63,486 bases of DNA, filler included, from Chiloscyllium plagiosum (GCF_004010195.1; 4 parts of 2 records of this genome joined end to end with filler, not necessarily neighbours in it); one strand, 5' to 3'; counted from the whole stretch's first letter, positions 25,348 to 36,838 are shown. Notes: generated from the sequence alone by a model not told the origin. Numbers and translations are program-made.

Positions 25348-28300
25348 TTTTTCCTTTCTTCCTGGTGGTGGAAATTTGAATAAAGATTTGTGCACCTTGT
25401 GTCTCTCACTGTGTCTCACACCTGCACACACACACCATGGGTGCTGGGGATAAAATAAGCACTACCGCACTTAGGTGGTAGTGTGGGGGTTAAAATTTAA
25501 AAAAAAAATAAACAGGAATGTTCACTGGCCACCCGGGTGTTTTCCTATCTTCCTGGTGGTGGAATTTGAATAAAGATTCGTGCACCTTGTGTCTTTCACT
25601 GTAAGAAGAGAAAAAAAAAATAAATAAACAGGAATGTTCACTGGCCACCCGGGTGTTTTCCTATCTTCCTGGTGGTGGAAATTGAATAAAGATTTGTGCA
25701 CTTTGTGTCTTTCACTGTGTCTCACACCTGCGTACACACACCATGGGTTCAAAAAAAAAATAAACAGGGAATTTTTTTCCTTTCTTCCTGGTGGTCGAAA
25801 TTTGAATAAAGATTTGTGCACCTTGTGTCTCTCACTGTGTCTCACACCTGCACACACACAACATGGGTGCTGGGGAAAAAATAAGCATTACCGCAGTTAT
25901 GTGGTAGTGTGGGGGAAAAAAAATTAAAAATAAACAGGAGGTTCTGAGAGCTGGCTCTGCGGGAGCTGGATCAATGTCAAGGACTCTCCACCTATAGATA
26001 AAGGGTGACTTGGTGATGGGGTAGCAGCCTCTGCAGAGTTATTTCCACAACTCCTTTAAAAAAAACAAAGAAAAAGGAAAGAAGAAAAAAGAAAAAAAAA
26101 CAGAATTTTTAATCCCTGCCCTCTCCTTCACTGTTTGATCACACAGCATTGCCCTTTGATGTGAAGGGCACTGCTTGTCACTGGCCACTCGGGTGTTTCC
26201 TTTCTTCTTAGTGGTGGAAATTTGAATAAAGTTTTGTATACCCTTGTGTCTCTCACTGTGAATGACACCTGCACACACACAACATGGATGCTGGGGAAAA
26301 AATAAGCACTACCGCCTGGGGGGTTTAAAAAGAAAGAGAAAAAAAAAATTAAACAGGAGTGTCAGACATTCTGAAAAAAAAGAAAAATAAACAGACTGTC
26401 ACAGGTTCTGTCCATTAAAAAAATAAACAGGGAATTTTTAATCCCTGCCCTCCCCTTCACTGTTTGATCACACAGCATTGCCCTTTGATGTGAAGGGCAC
26501 TGCTTGTCACAGGCCACTCGGGTGTTTCCCTTCTTCCTGGTGTTGGAAACTGAATAAAGATTTGTGAACCTTGTGTCTTTCACTGTGTCCCACACACAAA
26601 AAATAAAATAAATTAAAAAAAACAGGAATGTCAGAGGTCCTGTTCACTCTGAGAGCTGGCTCTGAGGAATCCAGATCAGTGTCAAGGACTCTCCATGTGT
26701 AAATAAAGGGTGACTTGGTGATGGGAACCCAGCCTCTGTGGAGTTACCTCAGAATCAATCACTAAATAAAAACAGGGAATTTTTAAACCCTGCCCTCCCC
26801 TTCACTGTTTGATCACACAGCATTGCCCTTTGATGTGAAGGGCACTGCTTGTCACAGGCCACTCGGGTGTTTCCCTTCTTCCTGGTGTTGGAAACTGAAT
26901 AAAGATTTGTGAACCTTGTGTCTTTCACTGTGTCCCACACACAAAAAATAAAATAAATTAAAAAAAACAGGAATGTCAGAGGTCCTGTTCACTCTGAGAG
27001 CTGGCTCTGAGGAATCCAGATCAGTGTCAAGGACTCTCCATGTGTAAATAAAGGGTGACTTGGTGATGGGAACCCAGCCTCTGTGGAGTTACCTCAGAAT
27101 CAATCACTAAATAAAAACAGGGAATTTTTAAACCCTGCCCTCCCTTCACTGTTTGATCACACAGCATTGCCCTTTGATGTGAAGGGCACTGCTTGTCACA
27201 GGCCACTCGGGTGTTTCTTTTCTTCCTTGGAGTGGAAATTTGAATAAAGATTAATGCACCCTGTGTCTTTCACTGTGTCTCACACCCGCACACACACAGC
27301 ATGGGTGCGGGGGGAAAAAATAAGCACGACCGCAGTTCTTTATTCAAATTTCCACCACCAGGAAGAAATAAGAATGCAAAAGTCAGTGATAAGCAGTGCC
27401 CTTCTTAGAGGCAATTAAAAAAAATAAACAGGGAATTATCACGTCGCACCTGCCCGCTGGCAGGAGTAGTGGCTGTCGTCAGGGAGCCGTTGCTCAGGAA
27501 TCCGCACCTCCGTCCTCGCAGGTTCGAGTGGCTGTCAGAGGGGAGAGCCATGGCGGCGAGGGTGACCAGGGTCGGGGACGTGCTGGGTGCCGGGTGCCTG
27601 GGCTGGACGCTGCCACAGGACATAGCGAGCAGGGCAGCGGTAGACGTCCGGTACGTGGCCACCGCCATCTGACACCTTAAAACGGCGGTGCTCGGACCCA
27701 ACATAGTGCATCAGTTGGAGGATGCTCAGGTGTGCGGTGGAATCCCGTCCACGCTCACCCCAGCCCGGACAAAATTTCACATTGGCCCCAAGGTCCCATA
27801 CTTCACGTGGGAGCCTGTGCCCCACAACCTGAGCCGCCTCCAGAATTTTAGTTTTGTCCATTTTAAGGATGTAAAAAGGCAGACCCTGTATCAACTGCTG
27901 CTGCACACAGTCCACCTCTTCTCCCTCATCCACCGCCTTGGCATGCCCATTTGCCATCAGGCGGTGGGGATCCCCAGTGGGGGGCTCTCAACGCGGGAGT
28001 CCTCCCCCTTTCTCTCGGGGATCTGGGGTGGAGGGTGCTGCAGACAGCGGTCCCCTGCAACCGCAGATTGCGGTGGTCCACGGACTCCCAACCCAAGAAA
28101 TATTAAAAAAAGATAAACATGAGTATCAGGCATCCTGTTCACTCAGAGCGCTGAAAAAAAAAACAGGGAATTGGGATTTGAAAGTTGTCCTCATTTCCCT
28201 GAAAACTGGTTGAACGGTAGGGTTTGGGGCCTGGCTTTGCCATTCCTCTCCCTTGGAAAATTGTTGTTTCTCTGTTTACAGCTGTTAATTGTTTTGTAAA

Positions 28301-29074
28301 CTGTGAATTGTTTAGTAAAATAAAAAAAAGCAGGGAAGTTAACTCAATAAAGATTCGTGCACCTTGTGTCTTTCATTGTGTCTCACACCTGCACACACAC
28401 AACATGGGTGCTGGGGAAAAATAAGCACTACCACAGTTAAGCGGTAGTGTGGGGGAAAGAAAAAGAAAAAAAGAACAAGAGTGTCACATATCCTGTTCAC
28501 TCTGAGAGCTGGCTCTGAGGAAGCTGGGTAAGTGAGAAGGACGCTCCAAAAAAAAGAAAAAGAAAGAGAAAAAAAGTAAGGAGTAAAAATAAATAAACAG
28601 GGAATTTGATCACACAGCAGTGCCTCTAAGAAGGGCAGTGCTTGTCACTGGCCACTTGGGTGTTTCTTTTCTTCCTGGTGGTGGAAATTTGAATAAAGTT
28701 TTGTATATATTTTGTCTTTCACTGTGTCTCACACCTGCACATACACACACACAACATGGGTGCTGGGGGAAAAATAAGCACTACCGCAGTTAGGTGGGAG
28801 TGTGGGGGGTAAAGAAAAAACAAAAAGAAAAAACAAAACGAATAAAAAACACAGGGAATTTGATCACAAAGCATTGCCTCGAAGAAGGGCACTGCTTGTC
28901 ACTGGCCACTCAGGTGTTTCCTTTCTTCCTGGTGGTGGAAATTTGAATAAAGATTTGTACACCTTGTGTCTTTCACTGTATCTCACATCTGCAGACACAA
29001 AAAAAAATAAACAAGTGTGTCAGAGAATCTGTTGTCTCTAGAAAAAAGAAAAGAAAGAAAAAAAACTGGGAATT
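25348..29074 (+). mobile_element. Array of ~10-13 5'-truncated, poly(A)-tailed Tx1-clade insertions with interspersed transduced LTR R/U5 pieces
   Basis: Repeated 3' module ...GGTGGTGGAAATTTGAATAAAGATTTGTGCACC...GTGTGGGGG-A(n). Units are separated by AAACAGGGAATT at about 25336, 25762, 26425, 26770, 27115, 27426 and 28161, 28595, with variants at 26098, 28329, 28850 and 29063. Confidence 0.8.
27438..28095 (+). mobile_element. Tx1-clade (L1 group) ORF2 C-terminal fragment, frameshifted
   Basis: GC-rich. AVVREPLLRNPHL...KRQTLYQLLLHTVHLFSLIHR, then in another frame GVLPLSLGDLGWRVLQTAVPCNRRLRW, typical of the Tx1 ORF2 zf-RVT region. Confidence 0.75.
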
Positions 29075-29287
29075 CAGAATCTTCTCTCTTTGGGGACTGA
29101 GTCTGAGTTGGCTGGCCACAGCCAATGTACTGTGCACACACAATGAAAAGGTGGCTTGGTGACAGTGAGATAACTGCACAGAGGCTGGTATCCTGTCTTT
29201 CTGCTCACCATCAAAATAATCTCTGAATATCCTATTTCTTACCTGGAAGGTTTTGCTTTCTTTTAAATCACTCACTGTTCTATAAAG

Positions 29288-29697
29288 TGATTCGGAGATG
29301 CCGGTGTTGGACTGGGGTGTACAAAGTTAAAAATCACACAACACCAGGTTATGGAAGATATAGAATGTAGGGAAATAGATGGTGACATCTTGAAAAATGT
29401 CCATGTTACAGAGGAGGAAGTGCTGGATTTCTTGAAACACATAGTGGATAAGTCCCCAGGACCTGATCACCACACACCACACCTGATCACCACACCAAAA
29501 ATTCACCACACACAATATATATAGTTAAAAATCACACAACACCAGGTTATAGTCCAACAGGTTTAATTGGAAGCACACTAGCTTTCGGAGCGACGCTCCT
29601 TCATCAGGTGATTGTGGAAGGAGCGTCGCTCCGAAAGCTAGTGTGCTTCCAATTAAACCTGTTGGACTATAACCTGGTGTTGTGTGATTTTTAACTT
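29288..29697. mobile_element. Penelope-derived palindromic element (family B) with 12-bp TSD and internal CR1 fragment
   Basis: TSD TGTTCTATAAAG at 29276-29287 and 29698-29709; perfect 79-bp inverted repeat 29524-29602 / 29617-29695. Confidence 0.9.
29576..29610 (-). ncRNA. Minimal type I hammerhead ribozyme motif (Penelope-type)
   Basis: Minus strand CAC-CUGAUGA-A-GGAGC-GUC-GCUCC-GAAA-GC-UA^GUG: intact core, 5-bp stem II, palindromic AGCU stem III, 3-bp stem I. Confidence 0.7.
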
Positions 29698-30429
29698 TGT
29701 TCTATAAAGCATATTGTGGTGCGCCTACATGTCAGCATTCTGTACCTTAGTTAATGCTCATCTTTTTGCATTACCCAGGATACATTTATAGTGGCCTATA
29801 TCTCAAATATGTGATTCCTGAAGGCAGGACTGGGCTCTTCAAGTCCATTTTACTTCAACCTTCTGGAGGACCAGCCTAAACCATCTATATGTGTATCACA
29901 ATCACTGTGGTAAAGGGATGCTTCCTGAAGTGAAATGGAAAATAAATTTACTCCCTTGACAAATAAAATCACGAAGATTCGAGCTTCTCAAGTGATGACA
30001 GTAATTCAGTAATTACTTACCATCTCAATATATAATCTCCTTTAGGCTGTAATCCTCCATTAGATAAATTGTTTTTTAGTATCCCGAAGGAAGTAACAGG
30101 ATCCACTAGAAATAATAAATTTCTCTAAGCTCAGCGGGGGCCTTATTACAATATCTGATTTGCCAAGCATAGTCATTAATTGGGTGTATGAGTCAAAAAA
30201 AGGAACAATCTGACTTACTGCAGAGAAATATAATGTCTGAAAGAATGGACAGCAGGACACTGCATCTCCAACACACTGCGCTGTAAAACTGAGTCTGTAA
30301 TTACACACACATTTCCTGATATTAGTCATAGCGTTATTGGAACACTACAAGCTACAGCATGAGGAGGAGAAAGGTCCATGGGGTAAAAGACAGATGGTAA
30401 CTCTACCGTATTTCTAAGGGTTGGTGCAA

Positions 30430-30790
30430 GGATGATAGCACAGTGTCAATGTCATTTGCCTAGTAATCCAGAGGCCCAGGCCAATGCTCTAAAGACTGGT
30501 TTCAAATCCTACAAAAGTAGCTCATGGTAATCAAATTCAATCAGCAATTCTGCAATTGAGAACTAGGCTCAATAATGGTAAAAGTGAAACCATTAATTGT
30601 CATAAAAACCCATCTGGTTCTCTAATACCCTTCTTTAGGAGGGGATCTACCACCTGGTCATGCGTATGTTGACTCCAAATACACAGAAACATGTGTGCCT
30701 CTTACCTGTGCTTGGACATGTCTTTGCACCCACTCAGTTCAAGGGCAAATAGAATAAACAACAAATGTTGGCATTACCAGTGACAACATC
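30430..30790 (+). mobile_element. Old tRNA-derived SINE (second family)
   Basis: A-box-like GATAGCACAGTG, B-box-like GGTTTCAAATCC, LINE-like tail CACTCAGTTCAAGGGCAA (also at ~10300). Confidence 0.55.
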
Positions 30791-31245
30791 CTACACACAA
30801 ATAAACATGAGCACTGACTGAAACCTTGCAGCAAGTCAGATGGTCAAAGTGACAGAAAATAATTTCTTAAAAGGTCAAAAATGGCCGGCTGATTGAAGAA
30901 ACGTTATGAAATAAAGTTTTAAAAAAATCCATAAAATAATTAGCTCAATGGTCAAGGCTTAGTCAAATGATTAAGACTAAATCAAATGGTTGATCCAATC
31001 CTGCAGTCATGAGTTGTGATAATCCAGATGGTGATTATTACTCCCAAGTTCAGAATCATTCTTTGAAATGTTAACACCGTTTCTCCGTCCACAGATGCTG
31101 TCAGATCTGCTAAGCATCTCCATTTTCCGTTTTTACTTTAAATGTAGCATTAAGAATGCAAAAGTCAATGATAATCTGAAATACTAGGAATAATTCTGAA
31201 TCCAGCAAAGGAGGTTTAAAAAGCTAATAAATACAAAGAAAATAG

Positions 31246-33730
31246 GCAATAGACAATAGGTGCAGGAGTAGGCCATTCTGCCCTTCGAGCCTGCACCACC
31301 ATTCAATATGATCATGGCTGATCATCCTTAATCAGTATCCTGTTCCTGCCTTATCTCCATAACCCTTGATTCCACTATCCTTGAGAGCTCTATCCAACTC
31401 TTTCTTAAATGAATCCAGAGACTGGNNNNNNNNNNNNNNNNNNNNNNNNNNNNNNNNNNNNNNNNNNNNTTAATTAATTAANNNNNNNNNNNNNNNNNNN
31501 NNNNNNNNNNNNNNNNNNNNNNNNNAGGGTGGTACGTGTATGGAATGAGCTGCCAGAGGATGTGGTGGAGGCTGGTACAATTGCAACATTTAAGAGGCAT
31601 TTGGATGGGTATATGAATAGGAAGGGTTTGGAGGGATATGGGCCAGGTGCTGGCAGGTGGGACTAGATTGGGTTGGGATATCTGGTCGGCATGGACGGGT
31701 TGGAACGAAGTGTCTGTTTCCGTGCTGTACATCTCTATGACTCTATGACTCAGGGCTCTCCTACACTAACCTGCTTTTTTTTAGACTGCCTGATAGTCTA
31801 TTGGGTTGGGATATCTGGTCGGCATGGACGGGTTGGAACGAAGTGTCTGTTTCCGTGCTGTACATCTCTATGACTCTATGACTCAGGGCTCTCCTACACT
31901 AACCTGCTTTTTTTTAGACTGCCTGATAGTCTCCCATTCTCCCACCGCCTGCATACCTCGAATTTTGAGTGTGACCACGTGCTATTCATATAGCCCTCTG
32001 CCTTGCAGATAAACAACAGTATTCGAGCTGCTCCTCTATAGTCATAGGGTAATATGCTTTGTTCCAAGTTGCCGGACACCCCAATGTGACCTAGTTCCAT
32101 TTACCAGCATTTGGCACACATCCTTGTAAAGCCTTTCCATTCATATACCTATCCAGACACTTTTTAAGTACTGTAATTGTACTTGTCTCCACCACTGTCT
32201 TTCCAGCTTGTCCCATACAAGCACTACCTTCTGTATGAAAGTTACCCCTCAGATCCTTTTTAAATCTTTCCCCCTCACCTTAAAGCTATGCTTTAGATTA
32301 TGCTAGTCCAACTCTAGATTTGGACTCCCCTACCTTAAGAACAAGACTATTGCTATTCACCTTATCAGTGGCCATGATTTTATAAACCTCTTGTAAGGTG
32401 ACCCCTCAGCCTCTGGGGAAAGAAGCCCCAGCCTATTCAGCCTCTCCCTATATCTCAAACCCTCCAGTCCTGGCAACATCCTTGTAAATCTTTTCTCACC
32501 CTCTCAGGTTTAGCAACATCCATCCTATAGAAAAGAGACCAGAATTGAACTCGGTATTCTAAAAGTGGCCTCATCAAATTCCTGTACATTCGCAACATGA
32601 TGTCTAGACACCTATATTGTTCTGACCAATGAAGGCAAGCATGCATAATGCCTTTCTCGTCACCCTGTCTACTTGCGATTCTAGTTCCAAAGCTTGGAGC
32701 ACAAGCATATGCAGCCAGTGAGACTTCCTGCAAATGTATGTCTGACACACATGATGTCACATGATGTTATGACTTCATACATAACACAGGAGGCATACAC
32801 CACTTAGTCTTTCTGCAGGAAAGCACAGGCCAGTTAGCTTAACATCTGTCAAAGGGAATATATTAAAGGCTTTCCTCAAAGGATTATAGCGAGGCACTAA
32901 AACAATTCAAAGTAATTAGACAAAGACATCATGGATTTATGAAAGAGGAATAATATTTAACCAATTTATTAAAATGATTTTGTTTTGAAGTAACAGGTAC
33001 AGGGGAACTGCAGCTGAACTTAAATTTCAAAAAGGCATTTGTTAAGGTACAACATCAAAGGTTATTGCAGAAACTAAAAGCTAATAGTCTTGAGGTTGAG
33101 GAGGTAGAATATTGGCATGAGTAAAGGATTGTATACTTTATTTCCTCTTAGCTTGGCCATACACCTGTCACTTTCATGTCAGCAAGATATAACATAGTAT
33201 GCCATAGGCATCAATGTTGGGGCCTCAACATTTAACAATTTAGGTAAATTTAGACAAAGTGACTGAAGGTGTGGCTGCTAATTTAGCTCATGACATTAAT
33301 AATGCTGAAGATAGGTGGGCAAGGTAAGTTGTGAAGATGACATAGGAAGGCTGCAGGAGAATGTTATCAGTTAAATGAGTGTGAAAAGATGTGGCAAATA
33401 GAGAATAGTGTGAAAACGTGAAATTACTCATTTTGGGAGAATGGATAAAATAGGAGCATTATCTAAATATTGAGATTGCAGAGCTCAGAGATTGCAGAGG
33501 GAATTTAATATCCCAGTGGATGATGAATTACAAAAGGTGAATATGCAGATTTAGCAAGTAATTCAGAAGGTTAATAGAATGTTATCGAATCTTGATAAGC
33601 AAAGGTCAGAAAGGTTATCGTGGGTAGTCAGGAATGTGGAGTAATCAGATCAGTCATTTCTTTACTAATGGCAGAGCAGATTTAAAGGGCCCAGTGGCCA
33701 ACTCCTGTTCATAATTCATATATTCCTATG
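31246..33730. mobile_element. Cluster of CR1 fragments (31246-31425 -, 31526-31750 +, 32035-32690 -, 32815-33730 +)
   Basis: CR1 3' ends and RT motifs (RPLLEYRVQFWSLFYRMDVAKPERV); ~133-bp tandem duplication at about 31668-31930. Confidence 0.8.
31470..31481. other. Artificial scaffolding spacer TTAATTAATTAA inside an N run (also 43328-43339 and 61536-61547)
   Basis: Identical 12-mer with stops in all frames, centred in three separate N gaps. Confidence 0.9.
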
Positions 33731-35360
33731 TACCCTTTTCTAATCTTAATCACTTCTGTTAAATCACTACTTAAGCAGTTCTCTTTCAGTGATGTTAGCA
33801 GTCAAGATTAAATCACAGTCAATGTGGCATTAAAGGCCTCTCACAAATATTCATTCTATGTCCACTCAAGTTATTAAAATATTCATGAATGCTATTGTAT
33901 GTTTTGTTCTTGTTGAGAATATTTCAGATATATCGCTCTAGAGTGGGATACTGGAGGTGATTACATCAGTGAGAATAATGTGGAGGTGCTAGATTAAAAG
34001 AGATCGAATGTTTAAGATTATGATTTCTTCGTCAGAACTATTCTGAAGAACCACCATACCAGACTGAAGCATTAATTCGGTTCTCTCCACAGATGCCACC
34101 AGACCTGCTGAGTTTCTCCAGCATTGTGATAATCTCAAATTATTGAACGTTTCCACTTGTTCTACACTCCAGGAGCCCAGATTATGACAAGCAAGCTGGT
34201 GCTTTTACATAGAACAAACTCTTAAAATGGATATTGGACAACAGACCAGAAGGAGAGTTGGAACAGCTCCTCAAGTCAAATTATTATGGTTTTACTGAGC
34301 TTCTAGAAATACATTCACACAGGCAGTACACAATACCAAAACGTTTGTTAACAATACAAGAGCTTTAAATAATGGGGCTAAAGCCAGCATCATGCGAAGG
34401 GACAATTTGACTAAAATCAATTCAGGCATTATACTGATGCCAAACCCAAAAACTTATTCAAGAAATGAATGACTTTACTGAACCTTCAGTCTAAGTAGGC
34501 TTTTATAAAGCAGCAGGGCAGAGATCAGATCAAAGGGAACATACAGAACACCTATACATATAAACATTTCTGACAGTAATGACACAATTCTACCTCTTCC
34601 CATTTTTATTTGGGATTTTGAAGTCCCTATAACATAACACAATGATATGGATTTTTCCAATCCAGCAACTGACCAGCTTTTTCATCCATAGTAATTTGCT
34701 GGAAAATTTGTGCAATCTGTATGCATGTGGGACACATTGGGGCTACAGCTGGAAGAACTGATATGTCTGACGAGGGTGGCTTCACATGCACAGTTCTGCA
34801 CACAGAAAGAAGGTTGTTTCGCAGCTCATTGCACACATTTTATATTTACTTGGTGTCACTTACTCGCACACTGGAATCCATTTATTGTGTGAAAAAAATA
34901 ATCCAACAAAATAAACAGCATTTTACGGTGTAATGCATAAAGGGGTTACTAAAAAAATTCCTTTCATTGTGCTGGACTGTAACACCTAAAGAATCCAATC
35001 TATAGATTTGTCCTCAATATCACTCAAGAACATCAAGGCTGACAGCTGAGGTTACTTTGAGAGGGTTTCCCATCAGTTTCCAAACACTGGTTATGTAATC
35101 AGAAATATAAAGCAAAAGTGACAGTCTCACAAAGGAATATAATAAATAGAAACTGGAGTCAGCTATTTGACTCTTTATGTCTGTTACACCATTTAACGAG
35201 ATGATGGCTAATACTCAACGCCATATTCTTGCACCAACACCACCGATATCCTTCCTTTCTCTGACCACCCAGAATCCATTGACCTTTGTCTTGAATCTAC
35301 CCAATGACTGAGTTTCCATAGCTCTCCTTGGATATAGAATTCCAGTGATTTAATTTATTT

Positions 35361-35548
35361 TACAGTCAGTTCTGCCATAACATGGTAGTTCCGTTCTCAT
35401 GCATCCGTATTATAAGAAAATCACGTAATAGCAGCACCATTACACAGGGCCGGAATCATGTTACAACCAAAACACGCTTTAAAAGTTCACACTTTAGAAA
35501 CAGTGTTCCCAATTTGTCAATCACGTGACAGCAAATTCACATTAACGA
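35361..35548. mobile_element. Possible Tc1/mariner (Tigger-like) MITE end
   Basis: Starts TA|CAGTCAGTTCTGCCATAAC; the other TIR was not found (truncated by the Rex1 insertion). Confidence 0.35.
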
Positions 35549-35549
35549 A

Positions 35550-36455
35550 ATGTAGTCATTTGTGAAAAGCTTTGTTTTGCGTGCAATACAGGCAGATCAC
35601 AGCAAACAAGGACATAGAGATCAAAGGGTGCTTAAACAGAGTGAGGCATGCACTACATTGCACAGGTGGTCCACAAAATAAGATCAACATTATTTGAAGT
35701 TAGAGAGTCCACTCATCATTCTAATAACAGCAGGGAAGAACTGTTCTTGAACCTGTTGGTGGTGAGAGTTCAAGCTTCCGTATCTTCTGCCTTAATAGAA
35801 GAGGTGTAGGAGAGCACTGCCGGCGTGAATGGGGTCTTTGATGATGTTGGCAGCCTTTCTGCAGCAATGAAAAGTGTAAACAAAGCCAGTGAATGACAGG
35901 TTGGCTTCCATGATGGTCTGACTGTGCACACAACTTTCTGTAGTTTCTTAGGGCTCTGGACGGAGCAGTTGCCATACTCGGCAGTTATGCACCCAGATAG
36001 TATGCTTTTTGTGGTGCATCTAGAAAAGTTGGTGATGGTCCTTATGGATGTGCTGAATTTCCTAAGCCCCCTGAAGAAGAGGAGGCTTTGTTGTGTTTTC
36101 TTGACTGTCGCATCTACATGGGAAGTCCAGGACACACTGTCGGTTATCATCACTCCTCGGACGCTCTCGACGCTCTCCACTTCAGCTCCACTGAAGTACA
36201 CAGAGACATATTCTCCTCTTTCTTTCTGAGGTCAATGTTCAGTTCTTTTGTTTTAGTGACATTGAGAGAGGGTTGGTGTCAATGCACCACATCACTAAGC
36301 CCTGTCTCCTTTCTGTATGGACTCATTATTGTTCGACATCCATCCTACCACATCATGAGCAAACTTGTCGATGACATTTGTTCAGAATTTGGCTACACAG
36401 TCGTGTGTGTACAGGAAGTACAGTCGGGGCCTGAAAACACATCCTTGGGGAGCCT
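35550..36455 (-). mobile_element. Rex1/Babar LINE 3' part
   Basis: GAEVESVESV..SWTSHVDATVKKTQQSLLFFRGLRKF...SILSGCITAEYGNCS. Confidence 0.8.
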
Positions 36456-36479
36456 CAAAATGAAGACATTTCACAGAGT

Positions 36480-36838
36480 CAGAGTCATCACAGATTCCCT
36501 ACAGTGTGAAAGTAGGCCATTTGGCCCATCAAGTCCACACCCACCCTTCAAACAGCATCCCACTCAGAACCCCCCACACTCCCAGTCCTGTAACCCTGTA
36601 CTTCCCATGGCCAATCCATTTAGCCTGCACATTCATGGATACTATGGGCAATTTAGCATGGCCAATCCACCGAACTTGCACATCTTTGGACCGAGAAGGG
36701 AAACCAGAGTGCCGAGAAGAAACCCATGCAGACACAGGGAGAATGTCTGTCTGTGTGAAGTTTGCACAGTCACCGAAGAGTAGAATCAAACACGGGTCTC
36801 TGGCACTGTGAGGCAGCAGTGCTAACCACTGAGCTACC
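36480..36838 (-). mobile_element. HE1-type V-SINE
   Basis: Homologous to the other HE1 copies. Confidence 0.9.

Larger units (their letters stand above)
24845..34985 (-). pseudogene. Candidate decayed multi-exon gene of unidentified family
   Basis: Non-repeat islands carry paired minus-strand splice signals. Exons: 34985-34864, 34795-34674, 30280(or 30344)-30219, 29924-29243 (Penelope hairpin inserted), 29129-~29079 plus 25241-25094 (split by the LTR/Tx1 nest), 24999-24845. Donors GTAAGT/GTCAGT/GTAAGT/GTAAGA/GTAAGG/GTAAGA; phases are compatible. Several in-frame stops and at least one frameshift; no homolog recognised. Confidence 0.4.

Noticed and set aside
26427..27120. 345-bp near-identical tandem duplication within the nest
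   Set aside because: Counted as a secondary duplication or assembly artefact, not as an independent insertion.
25348..29074. CRISPR-like or snRNA-gene array interpretation of the repeated module
   Set aside because: Eukaryotic context. Units are variable-length, 5'-truncated and poly(A)-tailed with TSD-like junctions; no recognisable snRNA or tRNA sequence.
31470..31481. TTAATTAATTAA repeated at three places
   Set aside because: Scaffolding spacer within N gaps, not biological. Adjacency across these gaps is uncertain.
31668..31930. ~133-bp exact tandem duplication near a gap (similar cases at 6633-6892, ~10575-10735 and ~62832-63031)
   Set aside because: Ordinary local duplication or short-read assembly artefact; no function evident.
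34674..34795. Saposin-like CPTC..I motif
   Set aside because: Only one CxxC; downstream segments do not supply the saposin cysteine pattern.
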